A DNA stretch of 64,000 bases, taken from positions 84,508,001 to 84,572,000 of the forward strand of contig NC_045696.1 of assembly GCF_009834535.1 (NCBI RefSeq), in the 5' to 3' direction. The notes under the pieces were generated by a model that did not search any database, was not told where the DNA came from, and saw only the letters and a program-made list of their open reading frames with translations. The DNA is from Camelus ferus (taxonomy: Eukaryota). This document shows, piece by piece, positions 12,989 through 24,255 of this stretch (positions are counted from its first letter, which is position 1; every line of letters begins with the position of its first letter). The position numbers and the translations under genes were made by a program.

Positions 12989-14576
12989 TTTAAAGAAAGA
13001 AGAACAGAGATGGAGGAACCATGCTCCCTGACTTCAGACTATACTGCAAAGCTACAGTAATCAAAACAGTATGGTACTGGCAAAAAAGAAAAGAAAAAGA
13101 AATGTAGTTCAATGGAACAGAATAGACAGCCCAGAAGTAAACCCACAAGCTTGTGGTCAATCCATCTATGACAAAGGAGGGAAGAATATACAATGGAGAA
13201 AAGACAATCTTATCAATAAGTGGTGCTGGGAAAACTGGATAGCTACCTGTAAAAGAATGAAATTATAACATTCTCTAACACCATATACAAAAATAAACTT
13301 AAAATGAATTAAAGACATCAATGTAAGACTGGATACTATAAAACTCCAAGAAGAAAACATAGGCAGACCCTTCTTTGACATAAATCACAGCAATATTTTT
13401 TTGGATTTGTCTTCTAGAGTAATGGAAACAAAAACAAAAATAAACAAGTGGGACTTAACTAAATTTAAAAGCTTTTGCACAGCAAAGGAAACCATAAACA
13501 AAATGAAAAGACAACCTATGGAATGGGAGAAAATATTTGCAAACAGTGAGACCCACAAGGGATTAATTTACAAAATATGCAAACAGCTCATACAGCTCAG
13601 TATTAAAAAAATAATAATAATAAATGGGCACAAGATCTAAATCGATATTTCTCCAAAGAAGACACACAGATGGCCAATAAACACATGAAAAGGTAATCAA
13701 CATACCTAATTATTAGAGAAATGCAAATCAAAACTACAATAAGGTATTACCTCACACCACTCAGAATGGCCATAATCAAAAAGTCTATAAATAATAAATG
13801 CTGGAGAGGGTGTGAAGAAAAGAGAACCCTCCTACACTGTTGGTAGGAATATGAACTGGTGTAGCTCCTATGGAAAACAGCATGGAGGTTCCTTAAAAAA
13901 AAAAACTTAAAAATAGTTACCATGTGATCCCACTCCTGGGCATATTATCTGGAAAAGACAAAAACTCTACATCAAAAAGATATATGTACCACAAAGTTCA
14001 TAGCAAAACTATTTACCATAGCCAAGACATGAAAGCAACCTAAGTGTCCATGGACAGATGAATAGATGAAGAAGATATAGTGTGTATGTGTGTGTATATA
14101 TATATATATACACACAGTGGAATATTACTGAGCTATAAAAATGAAATAATGCTATTTGCAGCAACACGGATGGACCTAGAGATTATCATACTAAGTGAAA
14201 TAAGTCAGACAGAGGAAGACAAATATCATGTGATATCTTACAGGTGGATTTTTAAAAAGTAATACAAATTAACTTATTTACAAAACAGTTATAGACTCAC
14301 AGACATAGAAAGCAAATTTATGGTTACCAAAGGGAAAGTAGGGGGAGGGATCAATTAGGAATTTGGGGTTAGCAGAAAGAAACTACTATATATAAAATAA
14401 ACAACAAGGACTTACTATATAGAACAGGGAACCATATTCAGTATCTTGTAATAACCTATAATGGAAAGTAATCTGAATTATACATATACCTTCAGTTATA
14501 CATATATATATAACTTTGCTGTACTTTGCTGTACACCTGAAACATTGCAAATCAACTATACTTCAATTAAAAAAAA
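12989..14576 (+). mobile_element. 5'-truncated lineage-specific L1: disrupted ORF2 C-terminus, 3' UTR and poly(A)
   Basis: Translates to L1 ORF2 peptides ([88 protein letters not shown]) with frameshifts. Cetartiodactyl-type 3' UTR ends aatcaactatacttcaattaaaaaaaa. Confidence 0.97.
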
Positions 14577-14619
14577 TAAGTATTTGTTCAGTGACTGATG
14601 AGATGCATAAATAAGGCAT

Positions 14620-14750
14620 GGCCATAGGGTAATGATACTATTATTGCTCCCAATTTAGAGATGAGAAAACTTAAGGTGCTTGAGTTACATTATTTTCCCA
14701 GGGTCATATGACTGGGAAGGAGCAAAAGTAGGTATCAGTCTATCTCTGGC
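14620..14750 (-). mobile_element. MIR, right part
   Basis: tattattgctcccaatttagagatgagaaaacttaagg...ttcccagggtcatatgact. Confidence 0.7.
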
Positions 14751-14769
14751 AAGTCTTTTCTCATCTATT

Positions 14770-15010
14770 CTATTGTTATTATTTGTTGTTTCCATGTTTT
14801 GTCTAATATGAAAAAAAAATGTGGCTTTGAACATTCCTATATACTTCTACTGAACATGTGCATGGATTCTTTAAGGTTTGTGTCTAAGGCAGGGATAGCT
14901 GGTCCATAGTGTATTCGTATTGGAAAATAGTTTTCCAAAATGGTTGTACCAGCTTTTACTCTTACCAGAATTCCATGAACTTTCACCTTGCACTTCAGCA
15001 AGACATGAAT
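14770..15010 (-). mobile_element. L1ME-like 3' fragment
   Basis: gttttccaaaatggttgtaccagcttttactcttaccag resembles reverse-complement L1M ORF2 end. Confidence 0.65.
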
Positions 15011-15924
15011 GTTCTTTTTTAAAATCACCATGCATTTTTGGTAGTCTCTTGTACTTTTATTGTATTTTTTAAAGTTTTACTTAATTAAACAATTTGGAAT
15101 AATTTATTTCTTACTCTATGTTTGGTATTTTAGATATCCGAAATTGTTACTGTGTTATTTGTGATTCATCTTTGTTTTCATGACTTCCTTCCTTTTATTT
15201 ATTTTTTTTATCTGTGGATGTAAGACAATGCTCATCTGGGCTCTGTGTTGGAGAATTCTAAGAGGCTTGATTTGAGAGTATATCCTTACAGTGAGGATTT
15301 GCTTTTGCTTTCTCTAGGCTTCAGCATAATGCAATAATGTAAATTCAAACTCCAAATCCGTGTAAGGCCAGTCATTTGGTTATTGATACCAAAGGGAGAC
15401 TTATACCAACTTAGGTTCCAAGTCACAAACAACAATTTTCTTTTTGTAAACATTTGTAGATGGCAACTGACCTACGTTTTTACTGAAGTTATAACTTTGT
15501 AAGTCCCCAGTTTTGTACAACCTCAATTGTATCTCCCCACACTGAGCAGGGCCAAAGTTCCTTTTGTCAGTCTTTTTGTTAAAATTCTTGCACTTAGATC
15601 AGAGTTTTCAGCAACTTTCCTGATGACACTTGCAGTTTCAAAGGCCCCTTCTGACTCTGGCTGGCAGTTCTCTCTTACGCATCTTACAGTTCAAGTAAAT
15701 CTCTTTTCCTTTTTCCCTGAGGTCAGCTCTGCATGGTTTAGGATCATTTTTCAACCATATTTCTGTGAATTTTGAATGGGAAGTCTGTCCAGTTTTTCCT
15801 TAAACATTTTTATAAGGTGGAAATACTATCCTTTAACACCTCTAATTGTTGGACATGCTTCAATTAAATTATATAAAACGACATTCCTTTCCAAGGAGAG
15901 TGTAGGTTCCCCCCTGTTGTGTGG

Positions 15925-16284
15925 TTTTAACAAAGAAACAAATAAACCTGTAAGGCTTTGACAAGACAGAGAAACTTAGGATTGGAGCGTTGAATCAGTG
16001 AAGAATCTAAAGAGTTTGGGCTCAGGGAAGTAAATTAACGACATAATGAGGTTTATTTATACAGGCTTCTTGGCCTGAATTCCCTGTCTCTGGTGATAAG
16101 GATGGCCTTCTACTTTCAGAAGCAGGTAGCGTACCTTTCAGATGGGAGATTCATTTCCTGCTTTTAAGGAGACAGAAAGGAGGGTCAGAGGGTCCCTCTT
16201 GTATTGACAGTTTCTTAAGTAACTTTAAATAATCAATATGCCATTGAGGCACCTTTTGGGGGTAGCCTAACCTGGTCCCCAACA
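15925..16284 (-). mobile_element. ERV1 3' LTR (MER34/MER39-like), apparently truncated
   Basis: Minus strand starts TGTTGGGGACCAGGTTAGGCTACCCCCAAAA at 16284, directly after a purine-rich PPT-like tract (CAGAGGCGAGAAC). Recalled similarity fades near 15925. Confidence 0.75.
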
Positions 16285-18407
16285 GTTCTCGCCTCTGAAA
16301 TGTCTCTGGAAGTTTTACGTATTAAAAGCTGAGCTGGTGACTCTGGGGACAGATAGTGGGTTATTCGAGTCTTCCATTTCTTCGAACCAGTTTTTAGTTC
16401 TGAGAACAGGTCAATTCAGTTAAACAGCTGGGTCTCATTTTAGGAGGCAGTGATGCAAGTGGGCTCCCAAAGCTAAGTCTGTGGCGCAAGCCATCAGGTA
16501 TTTATTTAATAAGAGGCATTCCATGGAAACAAAAGAATAACAAAGGTTAATGACTGGAGCAAATTATAATCCAGTTTCTGAACCCAAGGGCCGTCAGTCA
16601 AGAAGATTTCTAACGTCAGGGTCAAATCATCTACTATAGTTTGAAATGTCTCTGATGATGTCATCAGATGTTCAGGGAAACTTTCTGAGTGGCTTATATA
16701 GTAACAGGCATGGAGATGGCTGTGGCAATTTCTCTGATGTTTATATCAAGCCATCTGGCTTCAGTTCATAGGGTTTCAGGAACAGGGCAGTTTTAGTTTG
16801 AGAGTTTCTGATTTCTGGAGGGATCTAGTTAATTCATTTGTTCTTAACAATCATAGTTAGATTAGTTATAAAAATTTCAGGAGACTTTAAAAGAGTCATC
16901 ATTTTGTGGGTTTTTTTCCCTATTTTTCCTATTTTGCTGACAAACTTCAGCAAAAGTTTTACCCAGGTAGAACAAAAGTTGTCTATCTCCATTATATAGT
17001 AATGCTAACTCTGAAGACTTATCTGTATTAAACGAACAAGGTTAAAATTAGCTTTTATTTACTAAAGATTATCCTAGACTACATGACCTTGAAAAACTTT
17101 TGTGTTAATTTTTATCATAGTTTTGAAAATTTTTATATACATAATTATTTGTTTAAGTCAATTCAGTAGAGCTCTTTTACAAATTAATTTTGGCAATGTC
17201 ATCAGGAGGTAACATACACATCTGGACATACGGACAAACACAAACAGAGATCTCATAATTTTCATTTTAAAACTTTAGTCAGGAGTCAGGTACAATAAAA
17301 AAACTCACTACTTTATAAGTAACAGTCGGAATAAATTAGATTACTTGTGGAGAAGACTTTTAAGATTCGTCTTTGCCCTTGACAAGCAATTCTAAGGAGG
17401 CTGTTCGAGCAAGAGAGTTTTTTATCAGTTTGTGTTTAAAAAGGACTCTTTTTCACTCTCTCTCTTTCTAAAGTTTAGGTTCTACTGATTGAGCCAAGGC
17501 TACATCTCCGGCAATGTGGGCTGTGTTTACATTTCAAAGACATGATACGATTTATAACTTTAAGGGACAGAAAAATAAAATGTATCTATTACCATAAGCC
17601 TTAGGGTATTTATTATTAATTTTTTTAAGTACAAGACAATCTTCCCCTAATAGCCTGATCTTTTATAATCATTTTGAGAGGAATAGATGAAGACTTGGGA
17701 CTGGTAAAAATAGGTGGGCCTTAAATTGTGTTTGGTATTTGTACTTTCTGTTTCGTAGACATTTGTTAAGACAAAAACAATCATTTCTATTAGCCATTGA
17801 ATATTGGCTTCCAGCTGATTTATTATCTGGTTATTTGTAGGAGGATCTGGAGAATTGCTGAGGAGATGGGAGTGTGTTTTTTTCCTTTGTCTAGTGGACT
17901 TAGGTTTAAAAGGGGCTGCCAGCACAGGCTGGTTGAGAGGGGCTTCAGTGAGGGAGGAAGAGAAGGGATCAGTCTGAGTTAAAAAAAAAAAGAAAGAAAG
18001 GAGTTCAGAAAGAGGAGGGTAAAGGGATGAAGGAGAAGAAGCAGAATTTGGGAGTGGGGTAAGAAAGGGGTGAGAAGCTTTAGCTGATTTTTTTGTTTAG
18101 AGACAGATTGAGTTAACTTTTCTTTTACAGCTTGGAGGAAGGCAGTTTTCTCAGTGTTATGTTTAGAGGCCTCTAGGTTCCAATTAAAAAATGCTGCCCA
18201 TTATTTGTCTGGTTCTGAAACATTCCTAGTCATGCACGTAGATAGACTCATTTGGGAATTTTGAAATTCCCCACTTTGGCTGATATAATTTAAAATCATC
18301 CTGGGGTAAATGGATCCATTTAGGTAGGTAGTTACAGGATTAGGGTCCACGGGTGTTAAACATGAAGCCAACGAGGTTCCTGGGCAGTGTCAGAGTTGGG
18401 ATGGAGG

Positions 18408-18438
<31 letters not shown>

Positions 18439-18790
18439 GCTGTAAGAACTTCCCATTATTGTGAATACTACTCGCTAAAACCTGAAACCCAAGTCACTTA
18501 CCAAGCAGGAGTGACAGAAAAACCTTGAATTTGAGAATCCTGAGTCCCAAAGAACAGACAACCCTCACTCTCCAAAAGGGAAGGGGCTAGTGTTGACACC
18601 TAGAAACACCCAAATAAAGACCTGAACCTCAACTAAAATGGGAGGTTCCAGTTCAGGAAGGGCTCACACAGTAGCCCAACACAGCTCTAGAGCAGGCTGG
18701 GCACAATGGATCCCCTCAGGACCTTACATCCAAGCTGAAGATGTGCTGGATTGCCACTAGGAGTCACTCTGGGCTCTGATCACTACACCA
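16285..18790 (-). mobile_element. Non-autonomous ERV1 (MER4-group-like) internal region
   Basis: Bounded by PBS-like TGGTGTAGTGATCAGAGC (18790-18773) and PPT (about 16297-16285); contains a gag relic; only about 2.5 kb, with no pol or env recognisable. Confidence 0.8.
18160..18456 (-). pseudogene. gag: Decayed retroviral gag matrix-coding segment
   Basis: ATG at 18456 gives MGSSYSK (MGxxxS myristoylation pattern). After an A23 run: GFMFNTRGP*SCNYLPKWIHLPQDDFKLYQPKWG, then WAAFFNWNLEASK; typical class I ERV matrix motifs with stops and frameshifts. Confidence 0.75.
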
Positions 18791-18794
18791 GCTA

Positions 18795-19248
18795 TGTTAA
18801 CCAAAATTTCAAAAAGCAAAGACCTGATTGAAATAAAAAAGTGTTTACTTGGAGTTTGTTAGGACTCCAGCCTAGGAGACACAGAATCAAGAAGCACTTG
18901 AATTGTGTTCCACCAGACTACAAAATGCGGGAGGCTGGCTGATAAAGGCAAAAATAGCAAGGTCACATGAGTTGTTAGTCGAGAATTATAATTGGAGCTG
19001 GCAAGAAGTAAGGGTGCTTGTTCAGTAAGGATTGGTTGGATTGGAAATAGTGCATGTAGTTACAGGGAGGAAAAACCTTGAGACACAGTGTTGCAGCTTG
19101 CAAATGTTTTAAAAATGGCAGGTGTTTCCTTAGATTAGGTCTAGTTCACAGAAAGTTCAAGTTCTCAATGGTGCAGAGTTATTTCTGAGACCAGATTTTC
19201 AATGGCCACGTGGCTCTATGACTGCATTATAATTTCAATTTGTCATCA
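18795..19248 (-). mobile_element. ERV1 5' LTR (454 bp, family differs from the 3' LTR)
   Basis: Minus strand TGATGACAAATTG...TTGGTTAACA with TG/CA ends, CCAAT (plus-strand gattggttgg), AGTAAA poly(A)-like signal, and a PBS-like TGG 4 nt after the end. Confidence 0.8.
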
Positions 19249-19259
19249 AATGTATGATT

Positions 19260-20290
19260 GTATATGTAACATAAATACATTCAAAGTCTCATTATCAAAA
19301 TTCATTCTTTCTTTTCCTTCAACTATTCAAAATCGTATTTTGTTGGGTTGCTTTATATTTGAACTGTGACGTTTTATAGTTTTCATTTTTTGTTTTCTTG
19401 AGTTTTTAATTAACTTTATTATTTGTGAAGGAAGAGATGAATGTATTTTTTATCTTTTCATTAGGACAATTCAACTTCTTATTTATATTTTGGATGAATA
19501 ATTAATTCTTGGGCCAGTTGTGCAATGATATCTCTTAGAATTATTGCTTTTTTATTTTGGATTGTGGAGTTAATTAGCTTGTCTCTGGGATCCAATAGCA
19601 TTTTATGGGGTTTATTCTTTATTTCTTTCTAGCATTTGTCCCTGGTAGGATATGAGTTTCTAGGTATACATCATTTTCCTGCCTTGGGGACTTCTAGAAT
19701 TCAACATTCCTGACAAACTTAGGTGCTGTAGGTGGTAATATTTTTCCTTTGAATATTCTTGTAATTTTTTCTTTATTCTTGACAGTTTGAAATACAATAA
19801 AATATTTCTAGCTCTGTATCTGTAGTAACTCAACAAGTCTTTTTAAAGTGAAAATTTGTCTTTTCTTTCAACTTTGGAAAAAGTTCTTCTAATGCCCATT
19901 TATTTGATTTCTTCCATTTATTTCTCATGCCATCTCATTTTAGACATCATTATTGATTGATATCAGCCATTCTGAGTTGATCCTGTCTCTTAGTCTTCCT
20001 TTTCTGTTTCTCCTCCTTTTGTCTGTTATCTTCAGGTTCAGACAGAGTTCCATATTTTTATCACAGCTCTTCTATTTCTCTTTAAATGTTGGTCATTGCA
20101 TTCCTGGTTGTTAATGAATGCTTCTCCTTTGAATTGTTTTTCCTTTTTAAAACTAGTCAATTTTTATTGTATAGGTGCACTGTCTTTTTAAAAAATTTTC
20201 TTTGATGCTACTAATTTGGATCTTTTCAAGTACAGTGCTTCTTTTTCCCAGGATGTTTTAGAAAACTGCAAGTCTATCCCAACCCATCAA
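19260..20290 (-). mobile_element. Ancient L1/HAL1 ORF1-region relic
   Basis: T-rich decayed sequence with motifs such as ttttctttattcttgacagtttgaaatacaataaaatatttctag and ttctttcaactttggaaaaagttc. Confidence 0.5.
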
Positions 20291-21284
20291 GAATCTATTC
20301 CATTTACATTTTGGAGGCATTTATATCCTCTTTTCTGTGGATTGAAGAGTGTGTGTCATTTTGTGATAATCTCTGTTATGAGCACCGAGAAATTGATGTT
20401 CGTCACCCTCTTGGATCAGTCAACAGCACTGTCCATTCTACCTTTGGAATGCTTCTCAGATTTGAAGCTCTTATCCAATTCTGTCTGCTATTGACTTAAT
20501 TTGTCTTTAAAATGAAAAGATTACCATAGTCCAATTACTTTTGTTTGATGTCAGTCTTACCCTCTCAAACCTACAATTGCTTTTAAAACATTCTTCAAAT
20601 GGTAACCAGATAAATCTTTTAAAAGTTAAAACTAATTAAGTCATTCCTCTTTTTAACTCCTCAAGGCCTATGTCTCTGGCGCATTTCCCTTAGAAAAGTC
20701 ACAACACCTAAAAGGATCTCAGTGAATGTAAGCAGCAGAAACACCTTAACATGTACTCACTCACTGTGTGTACAGATATCCCTTTATCACCTGCCCAACT
20801 TTCTAGCCTACAACCACCCTCATGCCCCACACCATTTGATTCAGGACCACTTCTAATTTTCCACACATAATAAAACAAAATGTAGGAATATTCCTTATTA
20901 TTAATTTTGTCACTATAAATAATAATAACATTATTTAAGACATACTTTAGACCACTTCTGTTAAATACAATATAAGTTGGTTCATTAAATCATTTTAGTT
21001 ACCTAGTTAGAAAAACACTCTTTAAAAGAAAATGTATAAGGTTATTATTATTAGTTTTTTAATAAATTAATTAAAAGTTTCTAAGCTTTAAAATTTAATC
21101 TTTTTAAAAATTTCAACTAGAATGCTAATATTTAAGAATCTACTTGAAAAATACAATGTATTTTGGGTAATAGATTTTCAAAACTTAATTAACTCCATTC
21201 ATGTCACTTTTCAAAGGTTTTTAATAGATATTTGGGTATTGAGATAAAGAAAACATTATATTTGATTTGATCCACATTTATGTT

Positions 21285-21575
21285 ATTGGTCAATCAAATT
21301 TACTGTCTGTTGAATGCACAACACGAGGCATCACACATGAATAGACAAGACACCTTTTTTTCCTTTACCTTCAGAGAAGTTAAATGAAACTAGAGAAAGG
21401 ACATAGATATATAGAGATTAAATGAGAAAGTATGATTTAAAAATAGAGAATACTTAATTTTTCTACAAGGGATCTGGGTTTGAAAAATAGACCAAATAAA
21501 GGATTTCTCGAGTAAAGTGAGTTTTGAATGTTTGTGAAAGACAGTAAGGCATCTAATTGGTGAAGAAAAGGAAAT
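21285..21575 (-). mobile_element. L2 3' end
   Basis: caatcaaatttactg...atgaatagacaagacac...ccttcagagaagtt...gagtaaagtgagttttgaatg. Confidence 0.55.
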
Positions 21576-22642
21576 GTCAGTTTTCTTCTTGGGGTGTCAT
21601 TTTACACTGTGGAGCTTGGTGTGAAATAGATCTCTTATGGGCTTAATTTGGCCACCTCTTATCCCCACCTCCGGGCCCTCAGATTTACCTTATCAGGTAA
21701 ATTAAAAATACTTTTTAACAGTCAGATTACAGCCGCCCAAGCATATCCTCTTGTCAGGTGGAACCAAATGGAAAAAAGATAAGTTCTGGGTTATGAATAG
21801 GGCCCTATCTGGCCCCAATTCCTTTTTCAATGTCAAAGTATCAGTTTTATTTATTTGCATTTATCCTGACACCTTCTAGCCTTTTACCTTTGTCCATAGT
21901 GATAACTTGCACCTCAATGAGTTCTTTCAATTACATTTTAATTTTATGATTTAGTTTTATGGCTTTTATTTTATGGGCACTAAGAGTTAGAAATATGGAC
22001 AAAAATAACTGGGAGAATAGCCGATGCACACCTCTACTAAAATAAGGAGATGAATGGTTTTGCTCTTTCCTAATTCGTCAGAGACCTACTTGGCCATCTC
22101 AGACTAAATGGCTACTCCAGAATTAAACACTTTTAACTTTCAGGACTACATTCTGAAGTATGACATAAACAGTTTTCAGCCAAAAATCCTGAGGATGAAG
22201 AAGAGTTTCAAGACACATTTTCCTTATGAAGAAATATTAGCTAACATCTTTTTCAATATGGCTGGTTAGATATGCTGAATGACCCTGCTAATAAGAAGAA
22301 ATAAACATTGAGTAAAACATGAAGTGGCATTGCTGAGCTGGCCTGATGTCAAGCAATATGCATAGACCCAATGAATGAGAAAGAGGGTAAGTGAATGAAA
22401 GTAAGGAAAGTGAGCTCCAAAACTTGTCTCTGTCCTGAAGGCTTCTTTCGTTTCCTGAGAGCAACTTCATATTTCTGTAATTGGACATCCACTTCTGTTC
22501 CTGAGATCCACTTTGATGCCTGCATGGGGAACAGGTGATGAAGTCTAGGACCCGACAGTGGGGAAGTATAATATAAACTCCCTGCAAAAAGATGTGGCCC
22601 TCATCATTTATATATTTGATGTAAGGCAGAAGGCACTGGATA

Positions 22643-22722
22643 AGTTTTAAATTATAATAATTATTATTATATAAAATAATTATATATATTATATTATAAA
22701 ATAATTATTATAATTTAAAACT
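22643..22722. repeat. AT-rich inverted repeat (23-bp perfect arms, 34-nt spacer)
   Basis: agttttaaattataataattatt (22643-22665) is the exact reverse complement of aataattattataatttaaaact (22700-22722). Confidence 0.95.
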
Positions 22723-22799
22723 ACGACCTGGCCCACATAGAGATTTTTGTTCTGAACTCATACCACCTATCAGGTTTAAAAAACCCTACTGAGAGAATT

Positions 22800-24030
22800 T
22801 ATTTTTAAATTAATTCTCTTTATTCAAGTGAATAAAGAGGTTGAAAATACCGCTAGGGGATCTGCAAAAGCAAATGAAAATCTTTTCTGGAGGAATGGAA
22901 TTTCAATGGAGGTCTCGTATCATTTCCATAGCTAAAGATTCAAGGAAATAGTCAAAAATTCAGATTGCACCAAAGGGAACAGAAGGAAAGCCAGAAGAAA
23001 CAATAGAGAGTGGACTCAAATTTTGGAATTATTAGGGAAAGATTTAAAATAGTTTAAGGATATAATAAGACATTAAGTTTAAAGAGATAAAAAGACAAGT
23101 TTGAAATGTAATGAAGAAACAAAAAACCATAAATAGTGATTAAATAGATTTAAGAAATAACTGAATAGCAATTCTAAGATTAAAACATAATAATTAAAAT
23201 TTGAAACTAGAATAGAAAGATCAAGTATCAGATTATATACAGTGGAACAGAAAACTAGTGATCTGGAATGTCTGTATCTCTATAACTATATCTAAATATA
23301 TAAAGAGTATTCTAATTAGTAAATAATATTAGATAACTATTAAATAATAATTAAAATTATTCTGAATAAAGCACAAAACTAGGAAAAAGAGAAGTTAGAA
23401 GAGGATCTAGCAAACTTTCTAGCAGGAGACACTAAAAAGACTTAGAAGGATTTAAGACTTTAAGAATTAATGGGAGTCAATTTTTCAGAATTGGAGAAAG
23501 TCATCAATCCTAGATCTCAGGAACTCAATGGATTCTAAATGAAGTAAAGATACATAATCCACACCTAGATACACGGTACTGAAACTTCAACATCTGAAAT
23601 AAACAAAACAAAACAAAAAGAACTAAAGAAAGGAAAGAAAAAAAAAAAAAAGGTGTATGAAGAATAGGGAGAGAGACAAAAGACCTCCAAGGAAGAATAA
23701 TTAGACTGACAACAAAATTTTAACAGTAAAAATGGAAGCTCTGAAACCTTATCATTCATGCTTTTTAAAGATTAAAGAATATAATCTATAATTCTATACG
23801 TAGAAACATAGCACATAGGAAGGGATGGTGAAAGGACATTTTTAGCAAAAGGAAACAGAGTTTACCCCTAAAGTATCTGTCTAAAGATTTACAAGCCTTA
23901 AGGGAAATTATCCCAGATTGAAGATCAGAGATGTAAGAAGGTAAAGTGTGAAAGATGTTTTTTAAAATGGCTAACTGAAACAAACATTGATTATAAAATG
24001 CAATAATAATGCTAAATTTACATACTACCT
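22800..24030 (+). mobile_element. Ancient L1 ORF1-region relic
   Basis: A-rich; aatttttcagaattggagaaagtcatcaatcctagat, aatccacacctagatacac..gtactgaaact, aattagactgacaaca are L1M ORF1 motifs. Confidence 0.7.
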
Positions 24031-24044
24031 GGCAATATGACAAG

Positions 24045-24255
24045 CGTGGTTTTGCACACTTTATAAATGTTCGTAAAATCGAATCATCTCATCAATCTTT
24101 CAAAGAATATACTACTATTTTACATGTTAGAAATAATAAATGGAGAAATAGAGATGTTAATGAATGGCACAATGTCCCATAGAAAATATGCAGCAAGGCC
24201 AGAGTTTGAACACGGCCATCTGTCTCTAGCATCTGCACTCCTGAGCACTATACTT
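24045..24255 (-). mobile_element. MIR SINE
   Basis: tactattttacatgttagaaa...aggccagagtttgaacacggccatctgtctctagcatctgcactcctgagcacta. Confidence 0.7.

Noticed and set aside
13071..14262. L1 ORF2-like ORFs as functional CDS
   Set aside because: 5'-truncated with several frameshifts and stops; cannot encode active ORF2p
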